A stretch of 63,218 bases of DNA from a virus (IMGVR_UViG_3300010354_000088:1-63218); one strand, 5' to 3'; counted from the stretch's first letter, positions 32,187 through 43,015 are shown. Program-made: numbers and translations. Notes: generated by a model from the sequence alone, not told the origin.

Positions 32187-32746
32187 TTAAAGTCAAGATC
32201 AAGGAATCTCATAGCCATCTTATCTTCACCAAATGTTTTAAGCTTATCCATGTAATTTTGGACTTTACCCAATTCTTCTTGTTGCTCTTGCATATATTTC
32301 ATAGCAAGTTGATAAAGAAGATGATTGTTATATTTTAAAGAATGCCCAGCTAAAGCATTACATTGCTTAGTCACATTTATTTCATGTGAAAAAGTCATTT
32401 TAATTATTTCTGGAAATCCCTCAAAATTTTGAGGAGGCTCATTTAAACTTGGAATTTTAGGCTGAATGCCCATGTCCAAAAGAAAATCTTTAGCCCATTG
32501 AGCATGTTTCATTTCATCTTCAGCATCTTCTTGCCATTTTTTTGCAGCATTTAAATAACCATTGTCATTTAGCCACATAGACATAGAATGATACATACGA
32601 GAAGAATATTCTTCTTGCTCAATTCTATAATTCAACAAATCTATACATTCTTGAGAAAGAAGATTGTTGTTTTCTGTGTATTGCTCTTTTGGAGTGGCAG
32701 ATCCGCCTTTTTCTTCAAAAACAATTTTAGAGTTGTTGTCTGACAT
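32183..32746 (-). CDS. ftn: Non-haem ferritin (Ftn-like)
   Basis: Ferroxidase-centre pattern QEEYSSRMY, EDEMKH, HEINVT, EQQEE aligns by eye to FtnA E17/Y24/E50/H53/E94/Q127/E130. Confidence 0.88.
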   Translation of the reverse strand: MSDNNSKIVFEEKGGSATPKEQYTENNNLLSQECIDLLNYRIEQEEYSSRMYHSMSMWLNDNGYLNAAKKWQEDAEDEMKHAQWAKDFLLDMGIQPKIPSLNEPPQNFEGFPEIIKMTFSHEINVTKQCNALAGHSLKYNNHLLYQLAMKYMQEQQEELGKVQNYMDKLKTFGEDKMAMRFLDLDFK

Positions 32747-32747
32747 C

Positions 32748-35700
32748 TTATTGATAGCTTATACGGAAATCCGTTTTAACTGATTTAACAAAAATAGACT
32801 TATTGGTTAAATATTCCAATGAAGATTTCATCCAAAATCCTCTCATAGGAGAATTTACACCATAGATATTGTTAGTTGTATTTGTAATAACCTGTGCCCT
32901 TGCAACAGGCCCCTTCCATCGGCTTTCACGATAATGCGGAATTAAATGCCGAGAAGCTGCTGACTGAACAAAAGGAATCTGTAAGGTATATTGAAATAAA
33001 GTCTCATATGAAACAGATTTTGGATCATCTGGGCCTGAAACAATTACAAAAGAGTCAAATATTTTAGTAAAATCAGAATATTGATTTACATACCAACCAA
33101 TCCTAAAAGGCTTTAAAACGCCATAAAATGTGGTTTTGTTATCCAAATTAGATGTTGTAACGTCAACATTTTCTAACCAGCAATCCCCTAAAATACTGTA
33201 ACTTGTTGATTGAGAAGGGAATATATTAGGATTAAATGTATGATAATCATTATTTATAGACAATACAAATGGAGATCCATTATCGTATTTATCTAAAAAT
33301 GCATCAATCCATTCGCTATATCTAACGCAACTGTTTACCCTTGGGTTTTCTACAGTTTGATCAAACATGAAATTAAATACAATCTCGTTGTATTTTTTAT
33401 CATATCCAGCACAAATACCGCCTTTACAAACTGGATTATCCGGTATAGTATGAATAATATCAGAATGAGAACCTAAAAATCCCTGATCTATAATATTAAA
33501 AAGCTCCTGCCTGTAACTTTTATTATCAGATAAAAGCTCTAAAGCTCCTCCAGCAATACGCCATATTTTACGACGAATAGCATCAATACCATAAGCAGCA
33601 TTGTCTGTTTTAACTATTGACCACTGATGTTGAGATCCGTAATTGTCAGTTATATTTTTAGCTTTTTGAGCTAAAACATCTCCATTGCCAATTAAAAGTT
33701 CTCCGGCAGAAGCTCCTTGACCAATCATAGCTCTATCATTTACATAATGATAGTTTATGCCTCTATCCTGCACTGATATTAAATATGCATTTAAATCAAG
33801 GATTTTATTAATTGGCCCCATTCTTAAATCATAATCTCTATATGATCCAATCTGGATAGTTTTATATCCATCTGTAAATGCATTTGGAGTATGAAGATCA
33901 GAATAGATTATTCTTGTTGGAAAATGAACGCTTCTGTATGGAACATTAGAATCGTATCCAAATTGACCATTTATTGATAATACTTGATTGTATCCTAAAT
34001 TAAAAGAGTCAGATTCAAATACATTGTTGTTGTAAGCAAAATCAACAAAGTTGGTTATTCCCGTTACAGGATAATAAGTATTGCTGCTTGTATCTGAACG
34101 CATAGCAGTATTGTATGCATTTTCAGTAACAAAACTTGCTATATGACCAAATGTGTAATAATTACCATAATCATCTTGTTGTGATGTTGAATACACATCT
34201 GGATTGTAAAAAGTCTTTATATAAGTTCTTTGTAAAAAACAATCTCCTTTGTAATATACAGTTCCATTGACTATTGCAGAATAATTAGCCAAATCAATAA
34301 AAGTTGATATTTTGTAATACTCCGTATTTTTTACATCGTATTGATCTGTAATAACATAACCATTTGCAGGATCTGGATCTTTTGAATATATATTTATCAA
34401 AGCCTTATCGTAACTTCCAATACCAGGAACTGCAACACTTGAATTATCAATTCCAATATATCTTGTTGTTGCAAAAGTTCTATTTTTAATAGTAAGGCTT
34501 GAAGAATTTAATGGCCCGGTATATTTAAAATAAAAAAATCCATTAGGATCTGATTCATTTACAGCTTCGTCATAAAGACTTACAAACGTAGAGTTTGGTA
34601 TAGGTTGCCATTCTTGAATGTTGTATGCTTCAGGAATTTCACGCTCTTCAAGTGCAGCATTAATACTTACAGCATTAAACAAGAAAGAACAATTATGATC
34701 TCCAGGGCTTCCAGCTACAGATGTATAGCCAATATCAGCCATCTTATACATTACATAAGATGAATCTGTAAATGACTTTCTAAAAAATAAATCAGGAGAA
34801 AAGAAACCATATTTATTATTTACAGTTCCAGTGCCTACAGGATAAACAAATTTATTAAATGGCCCTGCCAAGGGATTACATTCAGCCACCAAAGGATATA
34901 GTGTACTAAATGAAGGAAATACATTAGTAGCTCTTAAAACAGGACTTGAACTTCCAAGTGGAGCTTGTACGCAATTAACACCAGACCAAACATAAAATTC
35001 AGGTGTTTCTGGATCAAGAATTGCTGCATCATATGTAGGAACAGTAACTCCTTGATAAAGAAGATTCCTATTTCTTTCGCCTCTTGTAAAGTAAAAGCCA
35101 CATATATTATCATTCATCCATTGAGTTACAATGCAAGATGTAACATCAAACTTAACACCCATAATACTGAGTGTATTTGATAATTGCTGTAATGGAGATT
35201 GCTGTGGATTTGCTGAACAAGAAGGAAATCTAAGAATACCTTGATTGTTTAATACAGTAATGCCAGGATCAAACCATGCATCATAGCCACTTACAGGAAA
35301 AGGCTCTGTTTCTCGACCTGATTTATGAACAAATACTACAGCAAAAGGATATGCTTCAGATCTAAAATAACCTGTATTAGAATATGTTTTTTGATAATCT
35401 TTATACTGTCCGTAAGGAGGAACAGCATCAACTATACTAAATGGCTTATCTTGAACCTGAAGTGTATCATCAGGTTTAGCAATAATAGCATTAGCAAAAG
35501 ATAAAAGATCAGGATGAAACAAATTTCTTGTTCTTACGTTTCCTGCAAAAAATCTATTTTCAAGCTGAGTAATGCTTTTTACAATATCATTTGGACTTTT
35601 CTTTGATATGATTTCTTCAAATGTGAAATCAACAACCTGCTCACATCCTGTTATTTTAATTTGTAAAGTAGGAGAATTAGGATTGATGTCAAATAATTTG

Positions 35701-36611
35701 TCATATAATCCAGTTTCAAATGTTCCGTCAAAATATCTTACATATGCTATCTCAAGATAAGGATATGTAGTATCAAGATTACTTAAATCAAGAATGACTG
35801 ATTTTGATGTTTGAACTGTACTTGGATCTCCATCTATAATAATCCCAGCACCTATTGGATCTAAAAATATTTCTATTGCATTAGATTCCCCTAAGAAACT
35901 GGTAGGATTAAATGAAGTTGTATTGTAACGTATAAAATAAAACCAGTTTCCGGCTTTATGACATCCATCTTCATCCAAAGTCATTGTATCAACAATTGGA
36001 TGAGCACATGTTTCATTTAAAAGCTCAATGCCATTAGGAAAACTGCCATTATAATAAAGCTTATTATTGCAAATTCCATTTTGATCAAATCCTGAATTAA
36101 TTGAACGTATAGGATTTTTAAAATCTGTCCAATAAAGATTTACAGAATCATCATAATCTATTCTTGCAAAAACTTCTATTTGATGCTCACAATCGAAATT
36201 AAAAAGATTTGTTCTAAAATCTAATCTTGGAGCATTAGGATTTACAAGAGGATTTATTGTTCCGGTGTAATTATTTAATGGACGATATACATGATCAAAA
36301 CCACCTGAGCCGCAAGAGTTGTTTAAACCTCTTTTAGGTGATGGATAAGTTCCGATTTCACCTATATTTTGAAATGTATTATATGAAAATATGTATGCTA
36401 TTCCATTATATTCACAATACCCTAAAGGAATAAATCCCTGAGTAAGAGAAAAAGCCTGTTCGTTACCTCCAATATTAGTTGCAACAAACCCTTGCCCTTC
36501 TATGTTTAATAGTCTTATATTAAGACCATCTCTTAACCTTGTAGTGGCTATTTTTGTTGGATCAGAATCTTTATCTATCCCTTGATAAAACTCATTTATC
36601 TGATAAGCCAT
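32748..36611 (-). CDS. Tail stabilisation/muzzle protein (P22 gp10-like, crAss-type)
   Basis: 1287 aa; N-terminus F.QGIDKD...NIRL...GNE; motifs YFRSEAYPFAVVF and YGSQHQWSIV; adjacent to the tail tubular gene. Confidence 0.8.
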   Translation of the reverse strand: MAYQINEFYQGIDKDSDPTKIATTRLRDGLNIRLLNIEGQGFVATNIGGNEQAFSLTQGFIPLGYCEYNGIAYIFSYNTFQNIGEIGTYPSPKRGLNNSCGSGGFDHVYRPLNNYTGTINPLVNPNAPRLDFRTNLFNFDCEHQIEVFARIDYDDSVNLYWTDFKNPIRSINSGFDQNGICNNKLYYNGSFPNGIELLNETCAHPIVDTMTLDEDGCHKAGNWFYFIRYNTTSFNPTSFLGESNAIEIFLDPIGAGIIIDGDPSTVQTSKSVILDLSNLDTTYPYLEIAYVRYFDGTFETGLYDKLFDINPNSPTLQIKITGCEQVVDFTFEEIISKKSPNDIVKSITQLENRFFAGNVRTRNLFHPDLLSFANAIIAKPDDTLQVQDKPFSIVDAVPPYGQYKDYQKTYSNTGYFRSEAYPFAVVFVHKSGRETEPFPVSGYDAWFDPGITVLNNQGILRFPSCSANPQQSPLQQLSNTLSIMGVKFDVTSCIVTQWMNDNICGFYFTRGERNRNLLYQGVTVPTYDAAILDPETPEFYVWSGVNCVQAPLGSSSPVLRATNVFPSFSTLYPLVAECNPLAGPFNKFVYPVGTGTVNNKYGFFSPDLFFRKSFTDSSYVMYKMADIGYTSVAGSPGDHNCSFLFNAVSINAALEEREIPEAYNIQEWQPIPNSTFVSLYDEAVNESDPNGFFYFKYTGPLNSSSLTIKNRTFATTRYIGIDNSSVAVPGIGSYDKALINIYSKDPDPANGYVITDQYDVKNTEYYKISTFIDLANYSAIVNGTVYYKGDCFLQRTYIKTFYNPDVYSTSQQDDYGNYYTFGHIASFVTENAYNTAMRSDTSSNTYYPVTGITNFVDFAYNNNVFESDSFNLGYNQVLSINGQFGYDSNVPYRSVHFPTRIIYSDLHTPNAFTDGYKTIQIGSYRDYDLRMGPINKILDLNAYLISVQDRGINYHYVNDRAMIGQGASAGELLIGNGDVLAQKAKNITDNYGSQHQWSIVKTDNAAYGIDAIRRKIWRIAGGALELLSDNKSYRQELFNIIDQGFLGSHSDIIHTIPDNPVCKGGICAGYDKKYNEIVFNFMFDQTVENPRVNSCVRYSEWIDAFLDKYDNGSPFVLSINNDYHTFNPNIFPSQSTSYSILGDCWLENVDVTTSNLDNKTTFYGVLKPFRIGWYVNQYSDFTKIFDSFVIVSGPDDPKSVSYETLFQYTLQIPFVQSAASRHLIPHYRESRWKGPVARAQVITNTTNNIYGVNSPMRGFWMKSSLEYLTNKSIFVKSVKTDFRISYQ

Positions 36612-36613
36612 AT

Positions 36614-37252
36614 TTATTTCATATTACTAGGAAAACGAAGCTTTGGAACCATGTTCATACGAATCATCATCATACGCTCCATATCATCACGAGAAACAAA
36701 TCTAAACCCTGATTTAGCTTTTTGAACGTAATGACCATATTGAACATCAATGTATTGATATCTGTTTTCTGGTATTTTCCCATTCATATAATCTTCAAAA
36801 AGAAGTTTTTTAAGACAATACCAATAACAAGCTTCTTGATGCCCGTCTTTAATTAATGGATATCCTGTTTCTTCATCAATAGGCACACCTAAATAATCAA
36901 TGAATAATTTAACAGTTCCCTCTTTAGGAAGAGATGTTGGAATTGAAGATGCATTGGTTATACTATTATCGCCAAACATCAAATAAGTTCCGTTATTCTC
37001 ATAATTAAAGACAGTACAATTATGTCCTCTTACATGAAGCAATCTGTAAATGTTACATGGAAGAAGAGCTTTCTTATCTACAACCTCTAATGGAACATTG
37101 TAATAATGTACAAATTCCTCAAAGTCACCTATATTGTTTTCGGCTTCAACGCACCATTCTACAACATCAAAAAAATCAAATTCAAGACCTTTATAGTCTC
37201 TTGCAATTTTTGCTGCTATTGATTCTATTTTAACGTATTTGCCTTTTAACAT
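36614..37252 (-). CDS. Tail tubular/ring protein (P22 gp4-like)
   Basis: 212 aa with ALLPCN and YLGVPIDEETGYPLI motifs; synteny. Confidence 0.75.
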   Translation of the reverse strand: MLKGKYVKIESIAAKIARDYKGLEFDFFDVVEWCVEAENNIGDFEEFVHYYNVPLEVVDKKALLPCNIYRLLHVRGHNCTVFNYENNGTYLMFGDNSITNASSIPTSLPKEGTVKLFIDYLGVPIDEETGYPLIKDGHQEACYWYCLKKLLFEDYMNGKIPENRYQYIDVQYGHYVQKAKSGFRFVSRDDMERMMMIRMNMVPKLRFPSNMK

Positions 37253-37254
37253 GA

Positions 37255-37710
37255 CTAGTAAGTATGTCCTTTAGATATTTGCTCTTTTAATTTTATCTTT
37301 TGAGTCCTTACAAATTTACCTTTATATCTCTTCTTGTTTACTTTACCAATGTCCGGACTTAAAAAAAGTCTAAGACCGTATTGTTTACCTTGAGTTTCTA
37401 TGTCAAATTTGTAATTATCATATTGAGATTTGACTTCAGATACACTCATGTATCCAAAATTTAAATAAGGAAACACTATTGCGTAATTATTATAAATCAA
37501 ATCATCGGCCATTAATTTCATCATATCTGTAAACATATCTTTGGCCTTCTTTAAAGCTTGTCTTTCAGTCTTGGTTTTAAAAACCTCTCTGTAACTATTT
37601 ATTTTACCATTTCCAATGTCTTGTCTTATTTTAACAATATCTTCTACATTGGCTATTTCAAAATAAAAATCAAGCTTATTATTCTTGCATCTGTATTTTT
37701 TGTATTTCAT
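37255..37710 (-). CDS. Basic IHF/HU-like protein of the crAss structural module
   Basis: Lys-rich; helix followed by the FPYLNFGYMSV beta-turn; lies upstream of the tail tube gene. Confidence 0.5.
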   Translation of the reverse strand: MKYKKYRCKNNKLDFYFEIANVEDIVKIRQDIGNGKINSYREVFKTKTERQALKKAKDMFTDMMKLMADDLIYNNYAIVFPYLNFGYMSVSEVKSQYDNYKFDIETQGKQYGLRLFLSPDIGKVNKKRYKGKFVRTQKIKLKEQISKGHTY

Positions 37711-38072
37711 TACATAGGTACGTTATTAGCCGAAGCAGCTATAGCATCAGGATCTAAGTTATTTCTATATGGATTAAAATCACTTACACGATTTGTATCT
37801 CCAATATTTGCCCTTGCATTAAGAAAATCTCTATCATCGCAAGGAATAACAACATCAGACTCAACAACCCTATCTGCCGGAATATCGTATTGGATACCTC
37901 CGTCTAAAATAACTCGATAGTGAAGTATTGATTCTTTTGCTTTGCCACCACATCCGCAACCTACAAGAATATTTACTTTTTCAGTATAACAATACTGCTC
38001 TTGTGGCTTAAAAACCTTACCTTTTATATAGGTAGTCATCACAATAGTGATCATCTTTTCATCTGTTGCCAT
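37710..38072 (-). CDS. Hypothetical protein (GCGCGG motif)
   Basis: 120-aa ORF translationally coupled to its neighbours. Confidence 0.55.
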   Translation of the reverse strand: MATDEKMITIVMTTYIKGKVFKPQEQYCYTEKVNILVGCGCGGKAKESILHYRVILDGGIQYDIPADRVVESDVVIPCDDRDFLNARANIGDTNRVSDFNPYRNNLDPDAIAASANNVPM

Positions 38073-38074
38073 AA

Positions 38075-38734
38075 TTATCTTATTATATTATCAATACGAG
38101 GATTTTCCTGAGAATTATTTTTTACATCAGGAGGAACACTTAATGTACTCATAAGTTGTTTAATAGCAATTAATTCAAGCTCATGAACAATATGATTAGG
38201 AACCGGATATGGATCATTTTCACTAACTGTATAACATTTGCCATCTAAAGGATTAGATAATATGCCTATAAGACATACATATTTTAATCCGTAAGTTGGA
38301 GGGTTCCCTATTTTAAATTCAGTGCCTACAATTGTATAATAAGGCTTATTTCCTGTCCATGCACTGTAATTACCATACAGTTTTCCCATATAATTTCTAG
38401 AAGAAAACTCAAGTTTTTTATCGGCAGAACCAAAATATATTACTTCATGTCCTGATAAATCTTCAAGAGATGGAGCATCAACATAATATTCAACTTCTCC
38501 GGAATCAATATTATTGCAAATAAGGTTTCTACACTTAACTTCAAGACAACATATTTCCTGATAAAAATTATTATCAAGTGTACGTTTTTCTTTAAGAAGA
38601 TTTTTAATAAGAGTAGCTCTTATCTGATGAACCATTTTATATATCAACTCAATGTCAATACGTTCATCATCAGAACTAAAATAACCTTTTGCCTGATTTC
38701 GTATAGAATAACCTATTTCTGCTAATGTTGGCAT
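38075..38734 (-). CDS. Ring/head-tail connector protein
   Basis: MPTLAEIGYSI...SDD... and YPVP C-terminal pattern typical of crAss ring proteins. Confidence 0.65.
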   Translation of the reverse strand: MPTLAEIGYSIRNQAKGYFSSDDERIDIELIYKMVHQIRATLIKNLLKEKRTLDNNFYQEICCLEVKCRNLICNNIDSGEVEYYVDAPSLEDLSGHEVIYFGSADKKLEFSSRNYMGKLYGNYSAWTGNKPYYTIVGTEFKIGNPPTYGLKYVCLIGILSNPLDGKCYTVSENDPYPVPNHIVHELELIAIKQLMSTLSVPPDVKNNSQENPRIDNIIR

Positions 38735-38797
38735 AATAATAAATCCCCTTAAAAGCTGTATAAATATACATCTCCTAAAGGGATATAAATTAGATTA

Positions 38798-39136
38798 TTA
38801 GTATTTCTTTACTATTTCAAATGTGGCCCATAAAAAGCCATTTATGAAAGAAGTAATCAGGCAACATGATACCCATTGAAATATATCAAACCAATTAAAA
38901 CATCCATCAAAAAAATACCAAAGACACCAAAATATAATTGTTCCCCATATTGAAGCCATACAAGCTACGCACAATACAATAGGATCAGCTAATTTAAATG
39001 GTACTTTGTCATACTTATTAATGAAATATTCCCTTATAGGAAAGCCTATTTTATTAGTGTCCGTAATCATCCGAATGCCGAGACAAACGCTCGACATCCA
39101 GATGACAGGACTTAGGTAACTGATTATCTCAGTCAT
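38798..39136 (-). CDS. Small membrane protein with CxxC (DUF1360-like)
   Basis: Three hydrophobic segments and the motif PIVLCVACMASIWG. Confidence 0.6.
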   Translation of the reverse strand: MTEIISYLSPVIWMSSVCLGIRMITDTNKIGFPIREYFINKYDKVPFKLADPIVLCVACMASIWGTIIFWCLWYFFDGCFNWFDIFQWVSCCLITSFINGFLWATFEIVKKY

Positions 39137-39148
39137 GGTTTATTACTG

Positions 39149-39964
39149 CTAATCTTGAGCACACCCAGTAAGGTAAGCAGTAAATGCAGCTTGCATTTCT
39201 GTGTACCAGTATGTAGTGTAAGCAGGATCAGTGTTTTTCACATAAAAATAAACCTCTTCTTCGTAACAGTTAAAGGCATTAGCTTGGCTAATATCCTGAA
39301 CGTCACAAGATTTACGAACTTTAAAATGATAAACACAGTATTCACCGCAGAAGCCAAGTGAAGGACGTGATCCTACAAAGCCCCACTGAATAGGGAACAA
39401 CTTAGCAATATCTTGGTTAGAAAGAACTGCATCAGCATGTGCTGTAATTGTAGTTACAGTTCCAGCATCAGTAAATGCCTGGAAACCGCATGTAAGCTGA
39501 CAGTTCTTTTCTTCCAAGAGAATGCAAGTACCCGCTGCACTTGGAGTAAATACACTAGCAACAAATGTTCCTACTGTAGCAGTAACCGTAGCGTTAGGAT
39601 CTGCATTGATGTTGCTTGCAACAGCAGTAGCAGTTTCGTTAGCAGTAGGTGTAGCTCCAGATGGATTTTGATAACCATAGTATTTGCTAGAACCAAATGT
39701 TTGCTGAACTTCATAAGAAGTCAAGCAAGGCAGACTCTTAATCAAAAGAGGCCACTCATAAGGGCATTCGCATGAATCAGGGATACTAACGCATACTACA
39801 GTTTGCTGCTTTACGCAAGCAGATGGACACTGACAGTAAGCATTAAGAATATCAGCAAGCAGGATGTCACCATATCCTTGTACGGTAACACCTCCTGCGA
39901 TAGGCACAACTGTTGAAGCACTAAGGCTATCAATCAGGATTTTTGTTGGTTGACGTAACAACAT
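39149..39964 (-). CDS. Cys-rich structural protein (possible auxiliary capsid protein)
   Basis: 271 aa with 15 Cys; located downstream of the MCP cluster. Confidence 0.55.
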   Translation of the reverse strand: MLLRQPTKILIDSLSASTVVPIAGGVTVQGYGDILLADILNAYCQCPSACVKQQTVVCVSIPDSCECPYEWPLLIKSLPCLTSYEVQQTFGSSKYYGYQNPSGATPTANETATAVASNINADPNATVTATVGTFVASVFTPSAAGTCILLEEKNCQLTCGFQAFTDAGTVTTITAHADAVLSNQDIAKLFPIQWGFVGSRPSLGFCGEYCVYHFKVRKSCDVQDISQANAFNCYEEEVYFYVKNTDPAYTTYWYTEMQAAFTAYLTGCAQD

Positions 39965-40002
39965 TGTTATTATGAATTAAAAGTTGGACTAATTTATGAA
40001 TT

Positions 40003-40716
40003 TTAAGTAATAGCGGTTCGATTTTCAATAACATTTGTTTGATATCTACGAGATTCAATCTGTTCAAGTTTCTTCCTTACCGCTAAGTCCACAATTTCCT
40101 TTCTGCAATGCAAAGCAAGTTCACAATCAACCAAAGAATTTACAATTTCAATGCTTCTTGGATATCTAATATAATCTATATCGGCCTTAACCCCATAAGA
40201 TTGAGTGCCTGTAAATAAAATCATAGAATCTCCAGTAATTTGATAGTAAAGCCTTTCGTCTTTTGGCCTGTTAAACGGATCTCTTGTAATCTCATCTCTT
40301 CTGTCCGAGGTCATAACCTTGGCTTTTAGAGGCTGAGAAACACCAGTGTAACCACATACATTATTAACATACTGAATACTAAAAGAAGCCCTTAGCATAA
40401 ACATGTAACCATTGTTTTCACCAGAAGGATTCTTTGGCGTAACAACCGGAGCATTTGGGTTGTAAGGGAGCAGGAATATTTCCTGCCCCGCTACAGGTGC
40501 TCCCGTATTAAAAATAATCTCATCAAGAATTGTAATCTCTCTAAGATCATCTATACGTTTTTGAGTTATTTGGGCCGCTTCATATTTATTAGTAATATAC
40601 TCTATCTGACATTGATTAATTAACACCTCGAACTCTTCAGGATATACAGTACCCGTATTGTCCTTGTTCAAATTGTCAAGGAGGGCATTATACATATCTG
40701 TAGCAGTTACAATCAT
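40003..40716 (-). CDS. Ring/adaptor protein
   Basis: KRIDDLR, DPFNRP, YIRYP and CEL..H..EIVDLAV motifs resemble crAss ring proteins. Confidence 0.7.
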   Translation of the reverse strand: MIVTATDMYNALLDNLNKDNTGTVYPEEFEVLINQCQIEYITNKYEAAQITQKRIDDLREITILDEIIFNTGAPVAGQEIFLLPYNPNAPVVTPKNPSGENNGYMFMLRASFSIQYVNNVCGYTGVSQPLKAKVMTSDRRDEITRDPFNRPKDERLYYQITGDSMILFTGTQSYGVKADIDYIRYPRSIEIVNSLVDCELALHCRKEIVDLAVRKKLEQIESRRYQTNVIENRTAIT

Positions 40717-40722
40717 TGATTA

Positions 40723-41538
40723 TTAATCTTCAGATGTTGATTTGCTGGATTTTTTCTCAGGAGCCGGATCTCCGTTTTTAAGCATTTTGTTCCATTGAGT
40801 AATCAAAGCATTATTTGATTGATCACGCATAAATTCAATAGCGAAATCTTCATTGGCTCCTACAAGTTCGTTACCGTTCATGTATTTACCATTAACAATG
40901 CGAAGAACACCTGCCTGAACAAGTTTACGCAGGAAGATTTTATGCTTAGCATTACGGTCTTCAGAAACACTAAGAATGTCGGCTGGCTTATTCATTGCTA
41001 AATCATACAAAGAAGCCTCAAGCTGAGCACGAGACATATCTTTAGTATAAATCTGCAATAAACGACCATAATCTTGCATTTCCTCAAGGCTCATGCTACG
41101 CAACTTTTCCATAGCAGCAAAAATTCGTTGATTCTTGCTTACTTTAGATGAAGCCTCTTTCTCTTTGTCTTCAACGTAATAACGATGAATACCAGGATTT
41201 ACAGCTTCTTTGTTTGGAGCTACCATTTCGTCTGAAAGAGCAATTTCCAAAAGGAAACGCTGCTCTTCAGACTCCATGTTAAAGCTTTGAAGGTGTGCAA
41301 AACGAAAACTTTCAAAGTCAGAAATTCTGACAGGCACGTTTTCGGCTATAACCAATTTCTCTCCGTTTTCTTCTACAACCTTACCTTTATATTGCTTTCC
41401 ATTGATATAAAAAGTTTTTGTAACCTCTTCAAACTTTGGAGTAATATAAACAGGTGAGGTATGGTACTTCTGATCAGTACCAATGAGACGCACAACACCT
41501 GTGCGTTTATCTAGAACATCTTGAATCTCTTTTGACAT
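40723..41538 (-). CDS. Conserved crAss-like protein downstream of the MCP gene
   Basis: 271 aa, helical; synteny. Confidence 0.6.
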   Translation of the reverse strand: MSKEIQDVLDKRTGVVRLIGTDQKYHTSPVYITPKFEEVTKTFYINGKQYKGKVVEENGEKLVIAENVPVRISDFESFRFAHLQSFNMESEEQRFLLEIALSDEMVAPNKEAVNPGIHRYYVEDKEKEASSKVSKNQRIFAAMEKLRSMSLEEMQDYGRLLQIYTKDMSRAQLEASLYDLAMNKPADILSVSEDRNAKHKIFLRKLVQAGVLRIVNGKYMNGNELVGANEDFAIEFMRDQSNNALITQWNKMLKNGDPAPEKKSSKSTSED

Positions 41539-41563
41539 AAAATTATCTGTTACTGTTTAATTA

Positions 41564-42997
41564 TTAAGGAACGTAAAGCTCTGCTACCCCAAATGGGTTT
41601 TTCATACAAACACCAGTCTCAGAAAGGATCTGAACCTGATATCCGTCCATTGAGTTAGAAGCAGTTGCACGCTTGTTTCCATCAGGTGAAGACATACCGT
41701 CAATAATCTTTTTAACAAAGCGACGATCTTCATTTCCGTTACCAAGTGCAATAAGCTCAACCATTGGATCGCCACCGATAGTAGAACCAAGGTTTACGAA
41801 GATACCACGCTTCGATTCCTTAGAAACACCATAGATGTCACGATCTTGAGGACGCCATGCAGCATCAAATGCAGCGTTCCAAGCTACGATCAAACGAACA
41901 CCACCCATTTCATAAGCGTTAAATGCAACTTTAACACCTTGTTTTTGCTCTTCAGCAGATACAAACAAAGGAAGTGGATTGTATTTGAATACGTCACGCA
42001 TCAAACGCATGAAATTCCATACGAATGCCTGACCGCCCATTACAAACACTTCGTTTACACCTTCTCCGGTAGTGCTCATCAACTGAAGATTCTGCATTAC
42101 GTTCTCAAGAGTGCGAACATTAAGTGTGTTGTACTGATACTTCAGTGATCCGTCTCCTTGTGCAATGATACCATCGCCCTGTACGATTTCACGTCCGTTC
42201 AAATCACGCATGTACACGTTTTCATTAGCATCAATTGTTGCCTTACCGTAGAGAAGCTGGTTCTCACGAGCATAAGCCCAACGACGCATCATTTCAAGTT
42301 CCTGCTGTTTGAACCAAAGACGCTGACCGTTGTGTTCAACCCAAAGAACTGTATTCTGAGCAGATCCAGAAATAGAATACTGCATACGCTGAATAGTCAT
42401 ATAGTTTGTATGCCATTCAGGGAAGGTATTCTTTTCATAACCTGTTTCAGAAAGTTCAGGAAACGCAGTATAGCTGAAACCAACTTCAGATCCAGAATCC
42501 AAAAGAGACTGACTGATGAAAGATCCAGTTGAATTACTTACATGCTTAGCCTTATAAGCCCAAACACCAGAGTTAATCTCAACAGGATACTCGTTCATAA
42601 TCTGAATCAGAGTACGACGATCTTTCAATTCAAGAACGTCATTTGGAGAGAAATAGTTAGTGTTCAACTCAAGCGTAAACACCGCATTGTTCAATGTAGA
42701 AACTGGTGTGTTAGCTACAGTGGTAGTGATTGTTCCTTTACGGAAAGGATAACCACGAAGTGCCCACATAAACTTACGGTTACCAATAACCTTGAAGTTT
42801 TCGGAATTAAAATCAGGAGTAATTCCTTTTTTTGTCATTCCACGACGAGCCAAATATGATGAAAACGCAGAGAAGTTGCTCTCGAAGAGGTTTACTACGT
42901 TCATTGAAATCTCAGGACGGGTAAGCAAAGCTGCCGCCAGGGAATTTGTCATCGTGGTCTTGTTAGCATCATATGTGCCAGTACCAATGATTTTCAT
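41564..42997 (-). CDS. Major capsid protein
   Basis: 477 aa following portal and scaffold; NYMTIQRMQYSISG, GDGIIAQ and C-terminal MKNPF resemble crAss-type MCPs. Confidence 0.88.
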   Translation of the reverse strand: MKIIGTGTYDANKTTMTNSLAAALLTRPEISMNVVNLFESNFSAFSSYLARRGMTKKGITPDFNSENFKVIGNRKFMWALRGYPFRKGTITTTVANTPVSTLNNAVFTLELNTNYFSPNDVLELKDRRTLIQIMNEYPVEINSGVWAYKAKHVSNSTGSFISQSLLDSGSEVGFSYTAFPELSETGYEKNTFPEWHTNYMTIQRMQYSISGSAQNTVLWVEHNGQRLWFKQQELEMMRRWAYARENQLLYGKATIDANENVYMRDLNGREIVQGDGIIAQGDGSLKYQYNTLNVRTLENVMQNLQLMSTTGEGVNEVFVMGGQAFVWNFMRLMRDVFKYNPLPLFVSAEEQKQGVKVAFNAYEMGGVRLIVAWNAAFDAAWRPQDRDIYGVSKESKRGIFVNLGSTIGGDPMVELIALGNGNEDRRFVKKIIDGMSSPDGNKRATASNSMDGYQVQILSETGVCMKNPFGVAELYVP

Positions 42998-43015
42998 TTT
43001 TTGTAATAATTAAGT

